64,000 bases of DNA from Verrucomicrobiia bacterium (GTDB lineage Bacteria; Verrucomicrobiota; Verrucomicrobiia; Limisphaerales; UBA8199). This document shows, one piece after another, positions 27,558 to 38,421 of this stretch. The position numbers and the translations under genes are program-made. The stretch lies in assembly GCA_035651635.1 (NCBI GenBank), contig DASRFK010000085.1, positions 34,728 through 98,727 on the forward strand. Reading direction: 5' to 3'. Each line of letters starts with the position of its first letter. Within the stretch, counting starts at the first letter, position 1. The notes under the pieces are model-generated. The model was not told the DNA's origin and made no database searches. It saw only the letters and a list, made by a program, of their open reading frames with translations.

Positions 27558-28612
27558 ACCCGGGCACCCATTGCGGTTGAATCTTCAAGCAAAGCGTGAC
27601 GGACGCGCTGTCGCAGCGCGGAGATTGTTTCCTTGACCCGGGCGAGCGGTTGGCCGGTGGCGTGAGCGATTTCCTCCGGCTCAAGCCCCTCGACGTAGTA
27701 TAGCTCAAAGACTTCGCGTTCCGCGCGTGGCCAGTGCTTGATATCCTGTTGGAGTTGTTCGAGCGCCTCCTTTTCCGCCAGGATTTCATCCGGCGGCAGG
27801 GCTTCGGAATTGGGCACAATGTCCTCAGTGCGGATGACTTGCGGCTCCATTTTCTTTTCCACAAACTCCTCAAGGGGTTGCAGGTTTTGTTCGCCGAGTT
27901 CCGGCAACTTCACAGGTTTTTCAGTGGGAACTTCGGTCACCTCCTTCTCCTTGACGAGCTCACGGCGGCGTTTGAGTTCTTCATGAATAAGGTGATAAAA
28001 CCAAACCAGCCAGCCCATATCGTTCGGGCGTGTGGCATAGGTGGCGATCGCGCGCCGTGCCACCTCATCCACAATGGCGCGCGCGTCCAGCGCACCTGCG
28101 GGAATATCGCCGGCCAGTTCGTCATGGCGGATGTGGCGGCGCGCGTGCCGTAACAACTCCCGGTAATGATACTGTAACAGCTCACGGATGACGTCCTCGC
28201 GGTTTTGGGGCCCGGTGCCCGCGGGCTGAGGCTGCTGCGCAAAACCTGCGCTTTTGAGCTGGCGCCGCAACTCTTCCCGGCGGGCCTTGCGCTTCCAAAG
28301 GCGCTCGCCCCGCGCCGTGGATTTAAACTTCTCAAGTTCCCGCAGCAGGCTCTTAACGGCTTCGTCGAAAGCCGTGATGAGCCCTTCTCCAGACTGAGCG
28401 GTGTGCAAAATGGCCGAAGGCACTCGCAAGGTCAGCTTGACATTGTGCGGGGGCGTTCCCGACCCGCGCTCGAGCACAATCTGGAGGTGAACGGCGTCGG
28501 GGGGAAAATGCTTGAGATGCCTCTCGAGTTTGGAAATTTTCTGGCGGAGCTTTTTCTCGAGCGATTCGTCTTTTTCAACGTTCTTGGTAACCAGATTCCA
28601 GCTAAAAGTCAT
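27554..28612 (-). CDS. fusion protein: N-terminal HPF/RaiA-like (S30AE) domain + C-terminal sigma70-family (ECF-like, clear region 4) domain
   Basis: Start moved to ATG 28612 (AGGAG Shine-Dalgarno). N-terminal MTFSWNLVTKNVEKDESLEKKLRQKISKLERHLKHFPPDAVHLQIVLER....HNVKLTLRVPSAILHTAQSGEGLITAFDEAVKSLLRELEKFKS follows the HPF pattern. C-terminal WPRAEREVFELYYVEGLEPEEIAHATGQPLARVKETISALRQRVRHAL follows the sigma70 region 4.2 pattern. A weaker region-2-like stretch is AIVDEVARRAI....P.DMGWLVWFYHLIHEELKRR. Confidence 0.7.
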   Translation of the reverse strand: MTFSWNLVTKNVEKDESLEKKLRQKISKLERHLKHFPPDAVHLQIVLERGSGTPPHNVKLTLRVPSAILHTAQSGEGLITAFDEAVKSLLRELEKFKSTARGERLWKRKARREELRRQLKSAGFAQQPQPAGTGPQNREDVIRELLQYHYRELLRHARRHIRHDELAGDIPAGALDARAIVDEVARRAIATYATRPNDMGWLVWFYHLIHEELKRRRELVKEKEVTEVPTEKPVKLPELGEQNLQPLEEFVEKKMEPQVIRTEDIVPNSEALPPDEILAEKEALEQLQQDIKHWPRAEREVFELYYVEGLEPEEIAHATGQPLARVKETISALRQRVRHALLEDSTAMGARV

Positions 28613-28680
28613 GAGCGTCTCCTGTTTAAGATAGTTATGTGTTCGCAAAACCAATGGCTGTCACGGTGATGAAGCGAAGC

Positions 28681-30303
28681 TCATTCGATGGTCCTCCACT
28701 GATGTCCGTTGCGCGCGAGCAACTCGTCCGCCTGCCTGGGTCCCCAGGACCCGGGCGAATAATTGGGAAAATCGCGCGGGGGCAGAGCCTGCCACACATC
28801 CAGTACCGGGGTGACGACGGCCCATCCGGCCTCCACCATGTCCGCGCGCTGGAACAGCGTCGCATCGCCGATCATACAATCGTAGATGAGCCGCTCATAG
28901 CCGGTGCTGGGGATGGTCCCGAAATAATCGGCGTACTGGAAATCCATCTCGACCGCGCCCAGCCGCATGATCGGCCCCGGAACTTTTGCCCCAAAGCAAA
29001 GCGACATCCCTTCGTCCGGATGAATGTGAACGATGAGTTGGTTGCTTTGCAGGCAGGCGACGGGCGTCCCTCGAAACAATTGAAACGGAGCCCGTTTGAA
29101 GTGGATGGCGATCTCCGTAACGCGCTTGGCGAGGCGCTTGCCGGTGCGCAAATAAAATGGCACGTCCGCCCAACGCCAGTTGTCAATCACCAGCTTGAGG
29201 GCGACAAAGGTTTCGGTGTTTGAATCGGACCCGACGTTGGGTTCGTCGCGATAACCGGGCACGGGCTTCCCGTCAAGCTGTCCTTTGGCGTATTGGCCGC
29301 GGACAGCCAGAGTTAGGACTTCTTCCGGCTTTGGCCGTTGCAGCGAGTGGAGCAGCTTGGCTTGTTCGTCGCGCACCGCGTTGGGGTCGAAGGAAACAGG
29401 CGGCTCCATGCCCATCAAAGAGATGAGTTGAAAAAGATGGTTCGGCACCATGTCGCGCAACGCTCCTGCCGTGTCGTAATAACCACCGCGCGAACCGACG
29501 CCGTCACGCCCGGCCGCGGTGATCTGCACCTGGTCGATGTAGCGACGGTTCCAAATCGGCTCGAATAGGCCATTGGCAAAACGGAAAATGATGATGTTCT
29601 GCACGGTCTCCTTGCCCAGGTAATGATCGATTCGATGAATCTGCCGCTCGTCAATGACTTGCCTAATCTGCGCGTTGAGCGCCCGCGCCGATTGCAGGTC
29701 GCGTCCAAAGGGCTTTTCGATGACGACCCGGCGCCACGACTCCCGTGATTCCTTCATCAAGCCCGCCGCTCCCAGCTGTTCGATGATCTTCCCGAAAAAT
29801 TGCGGCGGGACGGCCAGGTAGAATAAAGCGTTGCCTTGTGTGTCATACCGTTTTTCCGACTGGGCAATCTGCTCCTTGAGGCGTTCATAAGCGGAGGGAT
29901 CCTCAGAATCGCCGCGCACGCAATACAGGCGCCCGCGAATCCATTTCCACACGTCCGAAGACACCGTGCTGGCGGCAAGCTCTTTGACCCCCTCGGTCAA
30001 TTCGTTCCGAAATTGCTCGGTGGTGAACTCCTTGCGCGCGAATCCGATGATCGCGAAATGGTCTGTCAACAATTTCGCGGACGCCAGGTTGCACAGTGCC
30101 GGGATCAGTTTGCGCCTGGTCAGGTCACCCGTTGCTCCGAAGATTATCATCACGCATGGATCGGCAGTGCGAGCCGGGCGCTCGTCCCAAAACTCTGCTC
30201 GCCGATGGGTGTTCCACCCCGGAACCTGAGGACAAACCCTGTCGTCAGGTTCGCGCCGCCGTGCTGACGTTTGGCCGGGTTTGTTTGCGGTAGGGGTGTT
30301 CAT
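28681..30303 (-). CDS. zwf: glucose-6-phosphate 1-dehydrogenase
   Basis: [23 protein letters not shown], active-site region and the C-terminal domain are all present. The N-terminal ~50 aa may be an over-extension. Confidence 0.9.
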   Translation of the reverse strand: MNTPTANKPGQTSARRREPDDRVCPQVPGWNTHRRAEFWDERPARTADPCVMIIFGATGDLTRRKLIPALCNLASAKLLTDHFAIIGFARKEFTTEQFRNELTEGVKELAASTVSSDVWKWIRGRLYCVRGDSEDPSAYERLKEQIAQSEKRYDTQGNALFYLAVPPQFFGKIIEQLGAAGLMKESRESWRRVVIEKPFGRDLQSARALNAQIRQVIDERQIHRIDHYLGKETVQNIIIFRFANGLFEPIWNRRYIDQVQITAAGRDGVGSRGGYYDTAGALRDMVPNHLFQLISLMGMEPPVSFDPNAVRDEQAKLLHSLQRPKPEEVLTLAVRGQYAKGQLDGKPVPGYRDEPNVGSDSNTETFVALKLVIDNWRWADVPFYLRTGKRLAKRVTEIAIHFKRAPFQLFRGTPVACLQSNQLIVHIHPDEGMSLCFGAKVPGPIMRLGAVEMDFQYADYFGTIPSTGYERLIYDCMIGDATLFQRADMVEAGWAVVTPVLDVWQALPPRDFPNYSPGSWGPRQADELLARNGHQWRTIE

Positions 30304-30329
30304 GGGCAGCCTCGGGTTCCCGCCACTGA

Positions 30330-32957
30330 TCAGGACTCTTTCTTTCGTTTGAGCGGCGCGGCCTCAAAGACAAGTGCGCCCTTTTTGAAGTCAACCGTCA
30401 CGTGGCTGGCTTCGCTGATTTCGCCGCTGAGGATCTTTCGCGCCAGTGCCGTCTCGATTTGACGCTGAAGGAAGCGTTTCAGCGGGCGCGCTCCATAAAC
30501 GGGGTCGTAGCCCTCCCGCGCTACATACTCCTTCGCCGCCTCGCTTAGTTCCAACTCGATCTGCCGATCGGCCAAACGTTGACGAAGCAACTTGAGCTGC
30601 AGGTCCACAATCTTTTTGATTTCCGCCAGAGTCAAAGGCTTGAAAAGGACGATATCGTCCACGCGGTTCAGAAATTCCGGTCGGAAATGGGCGCGCAGTT
30701 CCTCCAGCACTTTCTTGCGCACGTCTTCGGCGATTTGGCCCTGTTCGTTTGCATTCTCGATCAGCAACGGGCTGCCGATGTTGGACGTCATGATGAGGAT
30801 CGTGTTCTTAAAATCCACGGTGCGGCCCTGGTTGTCGGTGAGCCGGCCATCGTCGAGGATTTGCAGAAGCACGTTGAACACGTCATGATGTGCTTTCTCG
30901 ATTTCATCAAACAATACCACGGTGTAAGGCCGGCGGCGGACCGCTTCGGTGAGTTGCCCGCCTTCCTCGTAGCCGACGTATCCGGGTGGTGCGCCAATCA
31001 ACCGGGCTACGGCGTGTTTCTCCATGTATTCGCTCATATCGATGCGAATCATGTTATCTTCGCTGTCGAACAACGATTCGGCCAGGGCGCGGGCCAGCTC
31101 GGTTTTTCCCACCCCGGTCGGGCCGAGGAAAATAAACGAGCCGATGGGCCGCTTTGGATCTTTGAGGCCGGAGCGGGCGCGAATCACGGCATCGGCCACC
31201 GTCTGCACCGCTTCGTCCTGGCCGATCACGCGCTCATGAAGAATCTGGTCGAGCCGCAACAGTTTTTCTTTCTCGCCTTCGAGCAGGCGCGAGACAGGAA
31301 TCCCGGTCCAGCGCGCTACCACCTCTGCGACTTCGTCGGGTGTGACTTCTTCCCGTAAGAGACGGCTGCCTGCCTTTCCCGCCATCTTGGCTTCGAGTTC
31401 CTTGAGCTGGGCTTCGAGTTGCGGGATTTTGCCGTACTGAAATTCGGCCACGCGCCGCAGGTCGCTCTGCCGCTGCGCCTTCTCCATCTCCGTGCGGGCA
31501 AGTTCGAGGGCTTCGCGAAGTTTTTGCACGTCCTCGAGGCCGCGTTTTTCCGACTCCCATTGGGCTTTGAGGGCGTCACGCTGGCTCTTGAGATTGGCAA
31601 ATTCCTTTTCCAGCGCGGCCAGGCGCTCCTTGCTGGCTCGGTCTTTTTCCTTGCGCAGAGCCTCACGCTCGATTTCCAGCTGGAGCAAGCGCCGTTCGAG
31701 CTGCTCCAATTCTTCCGGCATGGACTCCATTTCGGTGCGCAGCTTGGCCGCCGCTTCGTCAATGAGGTCGATGGCCTTGTCCGGCAGGAAGCGATCGGTA
31801 ATGTAACGATGGGAGAGTTGCGCGGCGGCGACCAGCGCCGCGTCCTGAATGCGCACGCCGTGGTGTAATTCGTAACGCTCCCGCAAGCCCCGCAGGATGG
31901 AGATCGTGTCCTCGACGCTCGGTTCGTTGACCAGGATCGGCTGGAAGCGCCGTTCCAGCGCGGCATCCTTCTCAATGTACTTGCGATACTCGTCGAGGGT
32001 GGTTGCGCCGATGCAATGCAGCTCGCCCCGCGCAAGCATCGGCTTGAGCATGTTGCCCGCGTCCATGGCTCCTTCCGCCTTGCCGGCCCCGACCATCGTG
32101 TGAATTTCGTCAATGAAGATAGTGATCTGTCCCTGAGCTTTGGAGATTTCCTGGAGGACGGCTTTGAGGCGCTCCTCGAATTCGCCGCGATACTTTGCGC
32201 CAGCAATGAGCGCGCTCAGGTCGAGCGCGATGAGCCGTTTGTCTTTAAGACTTTCGGGCACGTCTCCGATGACAATCCGGCGAGCCAAGCCTTCGACGAT
32301 CGCAGTTTTGCCTACGCCCGGTTCGCCGATCAGCACCGGATTGTTCTTAGTACGGCGGGACAAGACCTGGATGCAGCGCCGGATTTCCGCATCGCGACCG
32401 ATAACGGGATCGAGTTTGTTCTGCTGCGCAAGCTTGGTGAGGTCGCGCCCGTACTTCTGCAGGGCCTCGTAGGTGGCTTCAGGATTCGCGCTGGTCACGC
32501 GCTGATTGCCGCGTACTTCGATCAGTCCCTGAAGGAAGTCGTCCCGGCGAACATCGAGTTCTTTGAAGATCCGGCCAATGCCTGTCGTGGCGGGCTCGTC
32601 AAACATCGCCAGGACCAGGTGTTCCACTGACACATATTCGTCCTTGAGCTTCTTCGCTTCGTCCTGCGCCTTGACGAGCAGCTTGTTCAGTCGTTGCGTG
32701 ACGTAGAGACCCTGTCCGGTGGTGCTGTCAGCCGAAACGCGTGGAATGCGGTTAATTTCCTCTTCCAGTTTGTGCTTGAGCAAATCCGGCGAGACCTTGG
32801 CCTTCTCGAACAAAGTTGGGATGAGCCCACCCTCCTGTTCGAGCAAGGCGAGCATCAAGTGCTCAACATCGACGGCCTGATGTTGATTGCGCGTGGCAAC
32901 GTTCTGGGCCTCGGCAAGCGCACTCTGGGATTTCTCCGTGAACTTGCTTAGGTCCAT
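30330..32957 (-). CDS. clpB: ClpB disaggregase (AAA+ chaperone)
   Basis: Start moved to ATG 32957 ([14 protein letters not shown]...). Two Walker A motifs ([18 protein letters not shown]), a long coiled-coil M-domain, and no ClpP-binding IGF loop noticed. Confidence 0.95.
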   Translation of the reverse strand: MDLSKFTEKSQSALAEAQNVATRNQHQAVDVEHLMLALLEQEGGLIPTLFEKAKVSPDLLKHKLEEEINRIPRVSADSTTGQGLYVTQRLNKLLVKAQDEAKKLKDEYVSVEHLVLAMFDEPATTGIGRIFKELDVRRDDFLQGLIEVRGNQRVTSANPEATYEALQKYGRDLTKLAQQNKLDPVIGRDAEIRRCIQVLSRRTKNNPVLIGEPGVGKTAIVEGLARRIVIGDVPESLKDKRLIALDLSALIAGAKYRGEFEERLKAVLQEISKAQGQITIFIDEIHTMVGAGKAEGAMDAGNMLKPMLARGELHCIGATTLDEYRKYIEKDAALERRFQPILVNEPSVEDTISILRGLRERYELHHGVRIQDAALVAAAQLSHRYITDRFLPDKAIDLIDEAAAKLRTEMESMPEELEQLERRLLQLEIEREALRKEKDRASKERLAALEKEFANLKSQRDALKAQWESEKRGLEDVQKLREALELARTEMEKAQRQSDLRRVAEFQYGKIPQLEAQLKELEAKMAGKAGSRLLREEVTPDEVAEVVARWTGIPVSRLLEGEKEKLLRLDQILHERVIGQDEAVQTVADAVIRARSGLKDPKRPIGSFIFLGPTGVGKTELARALAESLFDSEDNMIRIDMSEYMEKHAVARLIGAPPGYVGYEEGGQLTEAVRRRPYTVVLFDEIEKAHHDVFNVLLQILDDGRLTDNQGRTVDFKNTILIMTSNIGSPLLIENANEQGQIAEDVRKKVLEELRAHFRPEFLNRVDDIVLFKPLTLAEIKKIVDLQLKLLRQRLADRQIELELSEAAKEYVAREGYDPVYGARPLKRFLQRQIETALARKILSGEISEASHVTVDFKKGALVFEAAPLKRKKES

Positions 32958-32969
32958 AGGCGTATTATT

Positions 32970-33007
32970 CTCGCGTCGCGCCACCTCGAGCTGCGGCGCG
33001 ACGCGAG
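32970..33007 (-). other. perfect 13-bp stem hairpin in the dnaK-clpB spacer
   Basis: CTCGCGTCGCGCC (32970..32982) / GGCGCGACGCGAG (32995..33007) with a 12-nt loop containing CTCGAG. No U-tract follows on the transcribed (minus) strand. Confidence 0.6.
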
Positions 33008-33036
33008 CCGATTGTAGTTTCCCTCAAGTGCGAAGG

Positions 33037-34956
33037 TCAGCGGCGGCTGCTGTCTTCCACGACCTCGGCATCCACTACGTCATCCTCCTGGCGCTCCGGG
33101 CGGGCCTGGCCGCTATCCCTTGTGCCGGGCGGCGGCTTTTGTTGAGAGGCGGCTTTGTACAACGCGGCCGAGACGGATTGCCAGACTTCATTGAGCCGGG
33201 CACTGGCGGATTTCATCGCCGCGGCATCCTCACGTTTGATCGCCTCCTTGGCCTCGGTGATGGCCTCCTCGATTTTGCGGCGGTCGGCTTCCGAGATCTT
33301 GCCCGCGTTGTCGCGCAGCATTTTCTCTGACCGATACACGGCGCTGTCGGCTTCGTTGCGCGCCTCGATTTCCTCGCGTTTCTGTTTGTCCTCCTCCGCG
33401 TGTATTTCCGCGTCTCGCTGCATTTTATCGATATCCTGTTTCGAGAGCCCGCTGCTGGCGGTGATCGTAATCTTCTGTTCTTTGCCCGTACCCAGGTCCT
33501 TAGCGCTTACATGCAGGATGCCGTTGGCATCGATATCGAAAGCCACTTCGATTTGAGGCACGCCCCGAGGGGCGGGCGGGATGTCGGTCAATTGGAATCG
33601 GCCGATGGTTTTGTTGTCTTTGGCCAACGGGCGTTCGCCCTGTAACACATGGACCTCAACACCGGGTTGGTTGTCCGAAGCCGTGCTGAACACCTCCGAC
33701 TTTCGGGTTGGAATAGTAGTGTTGCGGTCAATCAGTTTCGTCGTAACACCCCCCAAGGTCTCGATACCAAGCGAAAGCGGAGTGACATCGAGCAGGACAA
33801 CGTCCTTCACATCGCCCTTAAGGACACCGGCCTGAATGGCCGCGCCGACGGCGACTACCTCATCCGGGTTTACCCCCTGGTGCGGCGGTTTGTTGATCAG
33901 CGAGCGGGCGATCTCCACGATTCGCGGCATCCGGGTCATGCCCCCGACCATCACCAGTTCGTCAATGTCGTCGGTCGTTACACCGGCATCCTTTAAACAA
34001 GCCTTCACCGGTGGGATTGTCCGCTCGGAAAGGTCTTCACATAATTGTTCCATCTTCGCCCGTGTCAACTTGAGCTGGATATGTTTCGGGCCGCTGGCGT
34101 CCGCCGTGATGAAGGGGAGATTGATTTCATATTCTGTCACATTCGAGAGTGCGATCTTGGCTTTTTCGGCTTCTTCCTTGATGCGCTGTAACGCGTCCGG
34201 TTGCTTGCGCAAATCCATGCCGTTGGATTTCTTGAACTCGTCCAAAATCCAATCCATGATCCGCGCATCCCAGTCGTCCCCGCCAAGATGGGTATCGCCA
34301 TTGGTCGCCTTGACTTCAAAAACCCCTTCGCCGATGTCGAGCACTGAAATGTCGAACGTGCCGCCGCCGAGGTCGAACACGGCTACCTGTTCATTTTTCT
34401 TCTTGTCCAACCCGTAAGCCAGGGAAGCGGCCGTGGGCTCGTTGACGATGCGTAATACCTCCAGGCCGGCGATGCGGCCGGCGTCTTTGGTGGCCTGGCG
34501 CTGCGAATCGTTAAAGTACGCAGGAACCGTAATGACAGCCTGGGTGATTTTGTCTCCCAGCCGCACTTCGGCATCGGCTTTCAGTTTCGAGAGAATCATC
34601 GCGGAAATCTCCGGCGGGCTGAACTGTTTCGGTCGGCCGCCGACTTCGACCTCTACTGCCGCGTCGCCGTTTTGGGCGCGGACGACTTTGTAGGGAACGC
34701 GCTTGATTTCTTCCTGCACCTCATCGTATTTGCGGCCCATGAAGCGTTTAATGGAATAGATGGTATTCCGTGAGTTTGTGATGGCCTGCCGTTTGGCCGC
34801 ATCGCCGACAATTCGCTCGCCGGATTTGGTGAACGCAACCACGGAAGGGGTGGTCCGTTTGCCTTCCGAGTTTTCCAGCACAGAGGGTTCGCCGCCTTCC
34901 ATGACGGCCATGCATGAATTAGTGGTGCCGAGATCGATACCGATGACTTTTGGCAT
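33037..34956 (-). CDS. dnaK: Hsp70 chaperone DnaK
   Basis: [37 protein letters not shown]-terminal lid and acidic tail. Confidence 0.97.
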   Translation of the reverse strand: MPKVIGIDLGTTNSCMAVMEGGEPSVLENSEGKRTTPSVVAFTKSGERIVGDAAKRQAITNSRNTIYSIKRFMGRKYDEVQEEIKRVPYKVVRAQNGDAAVEVEVGGRPKQFSPPEISAMILSKLKADAEVRLGDKITQAVITVPAYFNDSQRQATKDAGRIAGLEVLRIVNEPTAASLAYGLDKKKNEQVAVFDLGGGTFDISVLDIGEGVFEVKATNGDTHLGGDDWDARIMDWILDEFKKSNGMDLRKQPDALQRIKEEAEKAKIALSNVTEYEINLPFITADASGPKHIQLKLTRAKMEQLCEDLSERTIPPVKACLKDAGVTTDDIDELVMVGGMTRMPRIVEIARSLINKPPHQGVNPDEVVAVGAAIQAGVLKGDVKDVVLLDVTPLSLGIETLGGVTTKLIDRNTTIPTRKSEVFSTASDNQPGVEVHVLQGERPLAKDNKTIGRFQLTDIPPAPRGVPQIEVAFDIDANGILHVSAKDLGTGKEQKITITASSGLSKQDIDKMQRDAEIHAEEDKQKREEIEARNEADSAVYRSEKMLRDNAGKISEADRRKIEEAITEAKEAIKREDAAAMKSASARLNEVWQSVSAALYKAASQQKPPPGTRDSGQARPERQEDDVVDAEVVEDSSRR

Positions 34957-34995
34957 AAAATACGTGTGTTAATGGTTGAGGTTGTTTCAGGAGGT

Positions 34996-35556
34996 TCACC
35001 GAACTGAAGGTGACTGCGTAAGCGCCGCGAGGAGCGGATCGAGACCGCGCGCGCCATCGTATCGCTCGCCATTGATGAAAAAGCTCGGCGTGCCGTTGAC
35101 ACCTCCCCGAATCCCACTCTTAAAATCTTCGCGAATGCGCGCCGCATGGGCGCCGGCCCGGACTTCGCCGACCAGGCGCCGAGCATCGAGGCTCAGAGCT
35201 GTGGCATAACGGGCGAGATCCTCGATGTCGAGGGCATCCTGGTTTTCGAAGAGCGCGTCGTGCATTTCCCAAAAACTACCTTGGGCGCCGGCGGCCTCGG
35301 CCGCCTCGGCGGCATCCTCGGCGTGCGGGTGCATGTTCACCAGAGGGAAATTGCGAAATGCGAAACACAGGTTATCGCCCAGACGCTGCTGGATCGCCTT
35401 AACGACGGGATAAACCTCCCCGCAAAAGGGGCACTCGTAGTCGCCGTACTCGACCAGCGCAATGGACGCCTCAATCGGTCCCTGGATATGGTCGCGTCCG
35501 GCGACCGGCAGGGTGAGTTTCGATACTGGAATCGTTCTGGGAGAGGACGTGCTCAT
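34996..35556 (-). CDS. DsbA-family thiol:disulfide oxidoreductase (thioredoxin fold), no signal peptide
   Basis: LVEYGDYECPFCGEVYP (CPFC active site). Typical C-terminal GTPSFFINGERY. The start overlaps the peroxiredoxin stop (ATGA). Confidence 0.8.
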   Translation of the reverse strand: MSTSSPRTIPVSKLTLPVAGRDHIQGPIEASIALVEYGDYECPFCGEVYPVVKAIQQRLGDNLCFAFRNFPLVNMHPHAEDAAEAAEAAGAQGSFWEMHDALFENQDALDIEDLARYATALSLDARRLVGEVRAGAHAARIREDFKSGIRGGVNGTPSFFINGERYDGARGLDPLLAALTQSPSVR

Positions 35557-36080
35557 TTGGCCACCTCTTTGGGCTGCAGAGTTTCCAACGCCGAAAGAAT
35601 TCCCGCTGCCCCGGGATTTACCCCGACAGGCGAAACATAGCTCCAGTGCACTTTTCCGTCCGGATCGAGGACGAACAACGCCCGTTCGCTCACACCATCG
35701 CCGTTGCGATACACCCCGTAGCTTTGCGCCACCGCGCCTTTAGGCTCAAAATCCGCCAGCAGAGGGAAGTGCAGTTTTCGATCCCTGCTGAACGCCGCGT
35801 GACACCATGCGCCGTCTACTGAAAGACCGAGCAATTCCGCCCCGAACTGTTGAAACTCGGGCAGGATCTCGTTATACAGCGTCATCTGGTCACCACAAAC
35901 GGGACTCCAATCGGCCGGATAGAAGGCGAGGATCACAGGGCATCCGCGAAAGTCCCTAAGGCTGACGAATTGGTCGGGGGTGCTTCGCAGTGTGAAATCC
36001 GGAGCGTCTGTTCCCGGCGGCAAGGCCGCGTTCTTGGACCCTTTCGGGTACATCTGTTTGTACTTGGTTTCTTGGTTCAT
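35553..36080 (-). CDS. peroxiredoxin (AhpC/TSA family)
   Basis: APDFTLRS...VSLRDFRGCPVILAFYPADWSPVCGDQM. Confidence 0.85.
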   Translation of the reverse strand: MNQETKYKQMYPKGSKNAALPPGTDAPDFTLRSTPDQFVSLRDFRGCPVILAFYPADWSPVCGDQMTLYNEILPEFQQFGAELLGLSVDGAWCHAAFSRDRKLHFPLLADFEPKGAVAQSYGVYRNGDGVSERALFVLDPDGKVHWSYVSPVGVNPGAAGILSALETLQPKEVAK

Positions 36081-36117
36081 AATTTTTGTCTCCTGTTTTG
36101 TTAAAGTAGATGTTCCG

Positions 36118-36981
36118 TTAAAGTAGAGTTGCCGCCCGGGGCTCGCTTCGGCCGGTCCGGCGTGGAACCGGGAGGTACTCCACGGAAGGCTGTCGCCGCG
36201 TCGGTTGCGGGTAGAGCTGCATCAAATTCAACATGTCTTCTGGAATGTCGCTGCGCACTCGCAACCCCAGCTCGTGAGCTCGATCGTAGGTTATCGGATA
36301 ATCGTGAGTCCAAGTGCCGCTGGTCAACAGTTTGGCTAATTCTGCGCCTTTTTCGCTGGGATACCGGTCGGCCAATAACAGGCGCACTTCGCCATCCATT
36401 TGGGCCACGGCCTTTTCCGCCTGGTCGGCCAGAATCAAGGTCTTATCGTCCACCTCGGCGATCGGCTTCTCGCGGACGGCTCGGAGAATCGAAGCGGCGG
36501 GATGTTCGCCCAGTTGCGGATCGACGGGGCCTAGCACCGCATGTTCGGACATGACGACTTCGCTGGCGGCCAGGGCTATCAACGTGCCACCGGACATCGC
36601 GTAGTGCGGCACGAAAACCGTAACCTTGCCTTTGTGTTTGACCACCGCTCGCGCGATTTGGGTTGCAGCCAGGACCAACCCGCCCGGCGTATGCAGCACA
36701 AGATCCAGCGGAATCTCAGGATCGGTCAAATGGATGGCGCGGAGAACTTCCTCGCTGTCGTCCACATCAATGTACCGAAACAAAGGGAAGCCCAGCACAC
36801 TCATTGTTTCCTGACGATGAACCAGAAGCACGACACGCGATTTCCGTTCTCTCTCAATTTGGGCGATGAGTCTTCGTCGCGAGGCCTCGAGCATTCGTTG
36901 TTTCATGACCGGCTGAAGCGCCGAGAGCATGAAAAACACCCAAAAGATCTGCATTGGATCGATCACGGCCGAGTTAGTCAT
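36118..36981 (-). CDS. membrane-anchored SDH-family (ClpP-fold) serine protease
   Basis: N-terminal TM segment. LDLVLHTPGGLVLAATQIARAV, HYAMSGGTLIALAASEVVM, typical of the 'serine dehydrogenase proteinase' / periplasmic ClpP-class family. Confidence 0.7.
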   Translation of the reverse strand: MTNSAVIDPMQIFWVFFMLSALQPVMKQRMLEASRRRLIAQIERERKSRVVLLVHRQETMSVLGFPLFRYIDVDDSEEVLRAIHLTDPEIPLDLVLHTPGGLVLAATQIARAVVKHKGKVTVFVPHYAMSGGTLIALAASEVVMSEHAVLGPVDPQLGEHPAASILRAVREKPIAEVDDKTLILADQAEKAVAQMDGEVRLLLADRYPSEKGAELAKLLTSGTWTHDYPITYDRAHELGLRVRSDIPEDMLNLMQLYPQPTRRQPSVEYLPVPRRTGRSEPRAATLL

Positions 36982-37229
36982 ATCTCACCCAAGCAACGCT
37001 GTGCATCTCCCTTGCCAGAGGCTCATGTATCGGGGAGGAATTCGTCCATGTAGCTAAGTTCAAAGCGGTTAATCCAGTGAATGATTGGCGCGGTGATGCT
37101 TGAGGCCCAGGCTCGTCAAGAAATGACGTCAGCATTTTGACAAAGAGTCAGTAATCCGTCAGCCGATCGCACCGTTCTGATGAGCGATAGCTGCCTTTGT
37201 CGCAAAAGAGTCATCCGAAGTGATGCGGC

Positions 37230-37466
37230 CTACGGTTTGGCCTGGAAGAAATCCGGGTCCGTGGCTTTGGTATTGGCAGCATCGTGAAAATTGCCCAGCC
37301 ATGCCTGTCCAGTTGTGGTGTCAACGATCACAAAGAAACTGGCGGAACCACTGACCTGATACTTCCCTACCGGAGCGGGCGAGTTGGTCCCTGCTATGAC
37401 CAAGGTGGCCAGCAAACCGCCGCACAAACCCAGCAGTCCACTCCTGAAATCAAATTTAAGTCTCAT
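37230..37466 (-). CDS. small membrane-anchored or secreted protein, unknown function
   Basis: 78 aa. Hydrophobic N terminus GLLGLCGGLLATLVIAG. No family recognised. Confidence 0.4.
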   Translation of the reverse strand: MRLKFDFRSGLLGLCGGLLATLVIAGTNSPAPVGKYQVSGSASFFVIVDTTTGQAWLGNFHDAANTKATDPDFFQAKP

Positions 37467-37738
37467 GAAAGTTGCAGGGGCATTTCCTATTCCAAATACA
37501 GTTGGGTTCAGGATTGCTTTTGCATGCGTTTCTCCATTCGAAGTTTAGGGAGGTAAGAGCCAACAGAGGCCAGCGGCGATATACGAATCACCGGTGCATT
37601 CCGGGTCGGCCTTTCGACAAAAAGTCCGTGCTCCGTCGCGAAAACGGAACCATTGGCCGCGACCTGTACAGCGGCGATTGACTTTGATTTTCGTTAATGG
37701 GTGTTAAGTTGGTCACAGCACCCTCCAAGGCCTGAGCC

Positions 37739-38392
37739 ATGCTCGAATCTGATCCTGAATCGGATCCAATTGTGATCATCATTGACGACGATGTATCGTT
37801 CCTTCGATCCACCGAGCGGTTGGTGCGTGCGGCGGGCTTTAAGACTCGAATGTTTGAAAGCGCAAAGGACTTTCTGGATGCCAAGCGTCCGGATGCCCCG
37901 GTTTGCGTGCTGCTCGACGTGCGCTTGCCCGGGATGAGCGGCCTCGATTTGCAGAAGCACCTGTCCCGCACTGGCGAGGAAGTCCCGATCATCTTCATCA
38001 CTGGGAAGGGTGACATTCCAATGTCGGTTCAGGCGATGAAGGGTGGCGCGGTCGAGTTTCTCACCAAACCGTTCCGGGAACCGGACCTCCTCGAGGCCAT
38101 CCAGCAAGCCCTTAGCCGTGACCGCGCAGCACGTGAAAACCGCGCGCGAGTCGGAGAGTTACGCCGAAACTATGAAACCCTCACTCCGCGAGAGCGCGAA
38201 GTTCTGGCGCTTCTGGTTGCCGGTTTCCTGAATAAACAAATCGCCGGACGACTGGGAACGGTCGAAAAAACAATCAAATTCCATCGCGCGCATGTTATGC
38301 GGAAGATGGAGGCTGGGTCTTTGGCTGAATTGGTCCACATGGCCGGATTCCTGGAGAGATCGGCACGGCGTCCGACCCCGCCGGTTCCATAA
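37739..38392 (+). CDS. orphan FixJ/NarL-type response regulator (REC + LuxR/GerE HTH)
   Basis: [106 protein letters not shown]. Paralog of the regulator at 1..623. No kinase gene is adjacent. Confidence 0.9.
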   Translation: MLESDPESDPIVIIIDDDVSFLRSTERLVRAAGFKTRMFESAKDFLDAKRPDAPVCVLLDVRLPGMSGLDLQKHLSRTGEEVPIIFITGKGDIPMSVQAMKGGAVEFLTKPFREPDLLEAIQQALSRDRAARENRARVGELRRNYETLTPREREVLALLVAGFLNKQIAGRLGTVEKTIKFHRAHVMRKMEAGSLAELVHMAGFLERSARRPTPPVP

Positions 38393-38421
38393 GACGCGGC
38401 AAAGGCGCGTAGCGGCGTCTG

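Noticed and set aside
22195-36981. Search for CIRCE (TTAGCACTC-N9-GAGTGCTAA), HAIR (CTTGAGT-N7-ACTCAAG) or clear sigma32-type promoters in the chaperone block
   Set aside because: No convincing match was seen by eye in the intergenic spacers or at 36982..37229. Absence cannot be proven without a PWM scan.
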